Positions 52,420-61,375 of a DNA stretch of 64,000 nucleotides are shown piece after piece. The DNA is from Eledone cirrhosa (taxonomy: Eukaryota): contig CAXHJY010000132.1 in the NCBI GenBank assembly GCA_964016885.1, positions 124,001 through 188,000 of the forward strand, read 5' to 3'. The position numbers were made by a program, and so were the translations under genes. Position 1 is the first letter of the stretch. Every line of letters begins with the position of its first letter. The notes under the pieces were generated by a model that had not been told where the DNA came from, made no database searches, and saw nothing but the letters and a program-made list of their open reading frames with translations.

Positions 52420-55400
52420 AACTTCGTTCGTTCTTCACCAAGCTATCTTTCTCTACCTTGTCTTCCCCCAAAACTTGGTTCTTCACAAGCTATCCTTCTC
52501 TACCTTGTCTTCCCTCAAAACTTCGTTCTTCACCAAGCTATCTTTCTCTACCTTGTCTTCCCTCAAAACTTCGTTCTTGATCAAGCTATCTTTCTCTACC
52601 TTGCATTCCCTCAAAACTTCGTTCTTCACCAAGCTATCTTTCTCTACCTTGTCTTCCCTCAAAACTTCGTTCTTCACAAGCTATCCTTCTCTACCTTGTC
52701 TTCGCTCAAAACTTCGTTCTTCACCAAGCTATCTTTCTCTACCTTGTCTTCCCTCAAAACTTCGTTCTTCACCAAGCTATCTTTCTCTACTTTGTCTTCC
52801 CTCAAAACATCGTTCGTTCTTCATCAAGCTATCTTTCTCTACCTTGTCTTCCCTCAAGACTTCGTTCGTCACCAAGCTATCTTTCTCTACATTGTCTCCC
52901 CTCAAAACTTCGTTCTTCATCAAGCTATCTTTCTCTACCTTGTCTTCCCTCAAAACGTCGTTCTTCACCAAGCTATCTTTCTCTACCTTGTCTTCCCACA
53001 CAACTTCGTTCTTCATCAAGCTATCTTTCTCTACCTTGTCTTCCCTCAAAACGTCGTTCTTCACCAAGCTATCTTTCTCTACCTTGTCTTCCCCCAAAAC
53101 TTCGTTCTTCACCAAGCTATCTTTCTCTACCTTGTCTACCCCCAACACTTCGTTCTTCACCAAGCTATCTTTCTCTACCTTGTCTTCCCACAAAACTTCG
53201 TTCTTCACCAAGCTATCTTTCTCTACCTTGTCTTCCCACAAAACGTCGTTCTTCACCAAGCTATCTTTCCCTACCTTGTCTTCCCTCAAAACGTCGTTCT
53301 TCACCAAGCTATCTTTCTCTACCTTGACTTCCCTCAAAACTTCGTTCTTCACCAAGCTATCTTTCTCTACCTTGTCTTCCCTCAAAACTTCGTTCTTCAC
53401 CAAGCTATCTTTCTCTATCTTGTCTTCCCTCAAAACTCCGTTCTTCATCAAGCTATCGTTCTCTACTTTGTCTTCCCTCAAAACGTCGTTCTTCACCAAG
53501 CTATCTTTCTCTACCTTGTCTTCCCTCAAAACTTCGTTCGTTCTTCACCAAGCTATCTTTCTCTACCTTGTCTTCCCCCAAAACTTCGTTCTTCACAAGC
53601 TATCTTTCTCTACCTTGTCTTCCCTCAAAACTTCGTTCTTCACCAAGCTATCTTTCTCTACCTTGTCTTCCCTCAAAACTTCGTTCTTGATCAAGCTATC
53701 TTTCTCTACCTTGCATTCCCTCAAAACTTCGTTCTTCACCAAGCTATCTTTCTCTACCTTGTCTTCCCTCAAAACTTCGTTCTTCACCAAGCTATCTGTC
53801 TCTACCTTGTCTTCCCTCAAAACTTCGTTCTTCACAAGCTATCCTTCTCTACCTTGTCTTCGCTCAAAACTTCGTTCTTCACCAAGCTATCTTTCTCTAC
53901 CTTGTCTTCCCTCAAAACTTCGTTCTTCACCAAGCTATCTTTCTCTACTTTGTCTTCCCTCAAAACATCGTTCGTTCTTCATCAAGCTATCTTTCTCTAC
54001 CTTGTCTTCCCCAAGACTTCGTTCGTCACCAAGCTATCTTTCTCTACATTGTCTTCCCCCAAAACTTCGTTCTTCATCAAGCTATCTTTCTCTACCTTGT
54101 CTTCCCTCAAAACGTCGTTCTTCACCAAGCTATCTTTCTCTACCTTGTCTTCCCACACAACTTCGTTCTTCATCAAGCTATCTTTCTCTACCTTGTCTTC
54201 CCTCAAAACGTCGTTCTTCACCAAGCTATCTTTCTCTACCTTGTCTACCCCCAAAACTTCGTTCTTCACCAAGCTATCTTTCTCTACCTTGTCTTCCCAC
54301 AAAACTTCGTTCTTCACCAAGCTTTCTTTCTCTACCTTGTCTTCCCACAAAACGTCGTTCTTCACCAAGCTATCTTTCCCTACCTTGTCTTCCCTCAAAA
54401 CGTCGTTCTTCACCAAGCTATCTTTCTCTACCTTGACTTCCGTCAAAACTTCGTTCTTCACCAAGCTATCTTTCTCTACCTTGTCTTCCCTCAAAACTTC
54501 GTTCTTCACCAAGCTATCTTTCTCTATCTTGTCTTCCCTCAAAACTCCGTTCTTCATCAAGCTATCGTTCTCTACTTTGTCTTCCCTCAAAACGTCGTTC
54601 TTCACCAAGCTATCTTTCTCTACCTTGTCTTCCCTCAAAACTTCGTTCGTTCTTCACCAAGCTATCTTTCTCTACCTTGTCTTCCCCCAAAACTTGGTTC
54701 TTCACAAGCTATCCTTCTCTACCTTGTCTTCCCTCAAAACTTCGTTCTTCACCAAGCTATCTTTCTCTACCTTGTCTTCCCTCAAAACTTCGTTCTTGAT
54801 CAAGCTATCTTTCTCTACCTTGCATTCCCTCAAAACTTCGTTCTTCACCAAGCTATCTTTCTCTACCTTGTCTTCCCTCAAAACTTCGTTCTTCACAAGC
54901 TATCCTTCTCTACCTTGTCTTCGCTCAAAACTTCGTTCTTCACCAAGCTATCTTTCTCTACCTTGTCTTCCCTCAAAACTTCGTTCTTCACCAAGCTATC
55001 TTTCTCTACTTTGTCTTCCCTCAAAACATCGTTCGTTCTTCATCAAGCTATCTTTCTCTACCTTGTCTTCCCTCAAGACTTCGTTCGTCACCAAGCTATC
55101 TTTCTCTACATTGTCTTCCCCCAAAACTTCGTTCTTCATCAAGCTATCTTTCTCTACCTTGTCTTCCCTCAAAACGTCGTTCTTCACCAAGCTATCTTTC
55201 TCTACCTTGTCTTCCCACACAACTTCGTTCTTCATCAAGCTATCTTTCTCTACCTTGTCTTCCCTCAAAACGTCGTTCTTCACCAAGCTATCTTTCTCTA
55301 CCTTGTCTACCCCCAAAACTTCGTTCTTCACCAAGCTATCTTTCTCTACCTTGTCTTCCCACAAAACTTCGTTCTTCACCAAGCTTTCTTTCTCTACCTT

Positions 55401-58400
55401 GTCTTCCCACAAAACGTCGTTCTTCACCAAGCTATCTTTCCCTACCTTGTCTTCCCTCAAAACGTCGTTCTTCACCAAGCTATCTTTCTCTACCTTGACT
55501 TCCCCCAAAACTTCGTTCTTCATCAAGCTATCTTTCTCTACCTTGTCTTCCCTCAAAACGTCGTTCTTCACCAAGCTATCTTTCTCTACCTTGTCTTCCC
55601 ACACAACTTCGTTCTTCATCAAGCTATCTTTCTCTACCTTGTCTTCCCTCAAAACGTCGTTCTTCACCAAGCTATCTTTCTCTACCTTGTCTTCCCCCAA
55701 AACTTCGTTCTTCACCAAGCTATCGTTCGCTACTTTGTCTTCCCTCAAAACGTCGTTCTTCACCAAGCTATCTTTCTCTACCTTGTCTTCCCTCAAAACT
55801 TCGTTCGTTCTTCACCAAGCTATCTTTCTCTACCTTGTCTTCCCCCAAAACTTGGTTCTTCACAAGCTATCCTTCTCTACCTTGTCTTCCCTCAAAACTT
55901 CGTTCTTCACCAAGCTATCTTTCTCTACCTTGTCTTCCCTCAAAACTTCGTTCTTGATCAAGCTATCTTTCTCTACCTTGCATTCCCTCAAAACTTCGTT
56001 CTTCACCAAGCTATCTTTCTCTACCTTGTCTTCCCTCAAAACTTCGTTCTTCACAAGCTATCCTTCTCTACCTTGTCTTCGCTCAAAACTTCGTTCTTCA
56101 CCAAGCTATCTTTCTCTACCTTGTCTTCCCTCAAAACTTCGTTCTTCACCAAGCTATCTTTCTCTACTTTGTCTTCCCTCAAAACATCGTTCGTTCTTCA
56201 TCAAGCTATCTTTCTCTACCTTGTCTTCCCTCAAGACTTCGTTCGTCACCAAGCTATCTTTCTCTACATTGTCTCCCCTCAAAACTTCGTTCTTCATCAA
56301 GCTATCTTTCTCTACCTTGTCTTCCCTCAAAACGTCGTTCTTCACCAAGCTATCTTTCTCTACCTTGTCTTCCCACACAACTTCGTTCTTCATCAAGCTA
56401 TCTTTCTCTACCTTGTCTTCCCTCAAAACGTCGTTCTTCACCAAGCTATCTTTCTCTACCTTGTCTTCCCCCAAAACTTCGTTCTTCACCAAGCTATCTT
56501 TCTCTACCTTGTCTACCCCCAACACTTCGTTCTTCACCAAGCTATCTTTCTCTACCTTGTCTTCCCACAAAACTTCGTTCTTCACCAAGCTATCTTTCTC
56601 TACCTTGTCTTCCCACAAAACGTCGTTCTTCACCAAGCTATCTTTCCCTACCTTGTCTTCCCTCAAAACGTCGTTCTTCACCAAGCTATCTTTCTCTACC
56701 TTGACTTCCCTCAAAACTTCGTTCTTCACCAAGCTATCTTTCTCTACCTTGTCTTCCCTCAAAACTTCGTTCTTCACCAAGCTATCTTTCTCTATCTTGT
56801 CTTCCCTCAAAACTCCGTTCTTCATCAAGCTATCGTTCTCTACTTTGTCTTCCCTCAAAACGTCGTTCTTCACCAAGCTATCTTTCTCTACCTTGTCTTC
56901 CCTCAAAACTTCGTTCGTTCTTCACCAAGCTATCTTTCTCTACCTTGTCTTCCCCCAAAACTTCGTTCTTCACAAGCTATCCTTCTCTACCTTGTCTTCC
57001 CTCAAAACTTCGTTCTTCACCAAGCTATCTTTCTCTACCTTGTCTTCCCTCAAAACTTCGTTCTTGATCAAGCTATCTTTCTCTACCTTGCATTCCCTCA
57101 AAACTTCGTTCTTCACCAAGCTATCTTTCTCTACCTTGTCTTCCCTCAAAACTTCGTTCTTCACCAAGCTATCTGTCTCTACCTTGTCTTCCCTCAAAAC
57201 TTCGTTCTTCACAAGCTATCCTTCTCTACCTTGTCTTCGCTCAAAACTTCGTTCTTCACCAAGCTATCTTTCTCTACCTTGTCTTCCCTCAAAACTTCGT
57301 TCTTCACCAAGCTATCTTTCTCTACTTTGTCTTCCCTCAAAACATCGTTCGTTCTTCATCAAGCTATCTTTCTCTACCTTGTCTTCCCCAAGACTTCGTT
57401 CGTCACCAAGCTATCTTTCTCTACATTGTCTTCCCCCAAAACTTCGTTCTTCATCAAGCTATCTTTCTCTACCTTGTCTTCCCTCAAAACGTCGTTCTTC
57501 ACCAAGCTATCTTTCTCTACCTTGTCTTCCCACACAACTTCGTTCTTCATCAAGCTATCTTTCTCTACCTTGTCTTCCCTCAAAACGTCGTTCTTCACCA
57601 AGCTATCTTTCTCTACCTTGTCTACCCCCAAAACTTCGTTCTTCACCAAGCTATCTTTCTCTACCTTGTCTTCCCACAAAACTTCGTTCTTCACCAAGCT
57701 TTCTTTCTCTACCTTGTCTTCCCACAAAACGTCGTTCTTCACCAAGCTATCTTTCCCTACCTTGTCTTCCCTCAAAACGTCGTTCTTCACCAAGCTATCT
57801 TTCTCTACCTTGACTTCCGTCAAAACTTCGTTCTTCACCAAGCTATCTTTCTCTACCTTGTCTTCCCTCAAAACTTCGTTCTTCACCAAGCTATCTTTCT
57901 CTATCTTGTCTTCCCTCAAAACTCCGTTCTTCATCAAGCTATCGTTCTCTACTTTGTCTTCCCTCAAAACGTCGTTCTTCACCAAGCTATCTTTCTCTAC
58001 CTTGTCTTCCCTCAAAACTTCGTTCGTTCTTCACCAAGCTATCTTTCTCTACCTTGTCTTCCCCCAAAACTTGGTTCTTCACAAGCTATCCTTCTCTACC
58101 TTGTCTTCCCTCAAAACTTCGTTCTTCACCAAGCTATCTTTCTCTACCTTGTCTTCCCTCAAAACTTCGTTCTTGATCAAGCTATCTTTCTCTACCTTGC
58201 ATTCCCTCAAAACTTCGTTCTTCACCAAGCTATCTTTCTCTACCTTGTCTTCCCTCAAAACTTCGTTCTTCACAAGCTATCCTTCTCTACCTTGTCTTCG
58301 CTCAAAACTTCGTTCTTCACCAAGCTATCTTTCTCTACCTTGTCTTCCCTCAAAACTTCGTTCTTCACCAAGCTATCTTTCTCTACTTTGTCTTCCCTCA

Positions 58401-59097
58401 AAACATCGTTCGTTCTTCATCAAGCTATCTTTCTCTACCTTGTCTTCCCTCAAGACTTCGTTCGTCACCAAGCTATCTTTCTCTACATTGTCTTCCCCCA
58501 AAACTTCGTTCTTCATCAAGCTATCTTTCTCTACCTTGTCTTCCCTCAAAACGTCGTTCTTCACCAAGCTATCTTTCTCTACCTTGTCTTCCCACACAAC
58601 TTCGTTCTTCATCAAGCTATCTTTCTCTACCTTGTCTTCCCTCAAAACGTCGTTCTTCACCAAGCTATCTTTCTCTACCTTGTCTACCCCCAAAACTTCG
58701 TTCTTCACCAAGCTATCTTTCTCTACCTTGTCTTCCCACAAAACTTCGTTCTTCACCAAGCTTTCTTTCTCTACCTTGTCTTCCCACAAAACGTCGTTCT
58801 TCACCAAGCTATCTTTCCCTACCTTGTCTTCCCTCAAAACGTCGTTCTTCACCAAGCTATCTTTCTCTACCTTGACTTCCCCCAAAACTTCGTTCTTCAT
58901 CAAGCTATCTTTCTCTACCTTGTCTTCCCTCAAAACGTCGTTCTTCACCAAGCTATCTTTCTCTACCTTGTCTTCCCACACAACTTCGTTCTTCATCAAG
59001 CTATCTTTCTCTACCTTGTCTTCCCTCAAAACGTCGTTCTTCACCAAGCTATCTTTCTCTACCTTGTCTTCCCCCAAAACTTCGTTCTTCACCAAGC
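52420..59097. repeat. Higher-order tandem duplication, offset 3377 bp
   Basis: ORF pairs 52483/55860, 52777/56154, 53593/56970, 53997/57374, 54702/58079 and 54996/58373. Private markers AAACTTGGTT, ATCTGTCTCT and CCCCAAGACTT. Confidence 0.92.
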
Positions 59098-61375
59098 TAT
59101 CTTTCTCTACCTTGTCTACCCCCAACACTTCGTTCTTCACCAAGCTATCTTTCTCTACCTTGTCTTCCCACAAAACTTCGTTCTTCACCAAGCTATCTTT
59201 CTCTACCTTGTCTTCCCACAAAACGTCGTTCTTCACCAAGCTATCTTTCCCTACCTTGTCTTCCCTCAAAACGTCGTTCTTCACCAAGCTATCTTTCTCT
59301 ACCTTGACTTCCCTCAAAACTTCGTTCTTCACCAAGCTATCTTTCTCTACCTTGTCTTCCCTCAAAACTTCGTTCTTCACCAAGCTATCTTTCTCTATCT
59401 TGTCTTCCCTCAAAACTCCGTTCTTCATCAAGCTATCGTTCTCTACTTTGTCTTCCCTCAAAACGTCGTTCTTCACCAAGCTATCTTTCTCTACCTTGTC
59501 TTCCCTCAAAACTTCGTTCTTCACCAAACTATCTTTCTCTACCTTGTCTTCCCTCAAAACTTCGTTCTTCACCAAGCTATCTTTCTCTACCTTGTCTTCC
59601 CTCAAAACTTCGTTCTTCACCAAGCTATCTTTCTCTATCTTGTCTTCCCTCAAAACTCCGTTCTTCATCAAGCTATCGTTCTCTACTTTGTCTTCCCTCA
59701 AAACGTCGTTCTTCACCAAGCTATCTTTCTCTACCTTGTCTTCCCTCAAAACTTCGTTCTTCACCAAACTATCTTTCTCTACCTTGTCTTCCCTCAAAAC
59801 TTCGTTCTTCACCAAGCTATCTTTCTCTATCTTGTCTTCCATCAAAACTTCGTTCTTCACCAAGCTATCTTTCTCTACCTTGTCTTCCCTCAAAACTTCG
59901 TTCTTCACCAAGCTATCTTTCCCTACCTTTTTTTCCCCCAAAACTCCGTTCTTCACCAAACTATCTTTCTCTACCTTGTCTTCCCTCAAAACTTCGTTCT
60001 TCACCAAGCTATCTTTCTCTATCTTGTCTTCCCTCAAAACTCCGTTCTTCATCAAGCTATCGTTCTCTACTTTGTCTTCCCTCGAAACGTCGTTCTTCAC
60101 CAAGCTATCTTTCTCTACCTTGTCTTCCCTCAAAACTTCGTTCGTTCTTCACCAAGCTATCTTTCTCTACCTTGTCTTCCCTCAAAACTTCGTTCTTCAC
60201 CAAGCTATCTTTCTCTACCTTGTCTTCCCTCAAAACTTCGTTCTTGATCAAGCTATCTTTCTCTACCTTGCATTCCCTCAAAACTTCGTTCTTCACCAAG
60301 CTATCTTTCTCTACCTTGTCTTCCCTCAAAACTTCGTTCTTCACCAAGCTATCTTTCTCTACCTTGTCTTCCCTCAAAACTTCGTTCTTCACAAGCTATC
60401 CTTCTCTACCTTGTCTTCGCTCAAAACTTCGTTCTTCACCAAGCTATCTTTCTCTACCTTGTCTTCCCTCAAAACTTCGTTCTTCACCAAGCTATCTTTC
60501 TCTACTTTGTCTTCCCTCAAAACATCGTTCGTTCTTCATCAAGCTATCTTTCTCTACCTTGTCTTCCCTCAAGACTTCGTTCGTCACCAAGCTATCTTTC
60601 TCTACATTGTCTTCCCCCAAAACTTCGTTCTTCATCAAGCTATCTTTCTCTACCTTGTCTTCCCTCAAAACGTCGTTCTTCACCAAGCTATCTTTCTCTA
60701 CCTTGTCTTCCCACACAACTTCGTTCTTCATCAAGCTATCTTTCTCTACCTTGTCTTCCCTCAAAACGTCGTTCTTCACCAAGTTATCTTTCTCTACCTT
60801 GTCTTCCCCCAAAACTTCGTTCTTCACCAAGCTATCTTTCTCTACCTTGTCTACCCCCAAAACTTCGTTCTTCACCAAGCTATCTTTCTCTACCTTGTCT
60901 TCCCACAAAACTTCGTTCTTCACCAAGCTATCTTTCTCTACCTTGTCTTCCCACAAAACGTCGTTCTTCACCAAGCTATCTTTCCCTACCTTGTCTTCCC
61001 TCAAAACGTCGTTCTTCACCAAGCTATCTTTCTCTACCTTGACTTCCGTCAAAACTTCGTTCTTCACCAAGCTATCTTTCTCTACCTTGTCTTCCCTCAA
61101 AACTTCGTTCTTCACCAAGCTATCTTTCTCTATCTTGTCTTCCCTCAAAACTCCGTTCTTCATCAAGCTATCGTTCTCTACTTTGTCTTCCCTCAAAACG
61201 TCGTTCTTCACCAAGCTATCTTTCTCTACCTTGTCTTCCCTCAAAACTTCGTTCGTTCTTCACCAAGCTATCTTTCTCTACCTTGTCTTCCCCCAAAACT
61301 TCGTTCTTCACAAGCTATCCTTCTCTACCTTGTCTTCCCTCAAAACTTCGTTCTTCACCAAGCTATCTTTCTCTA

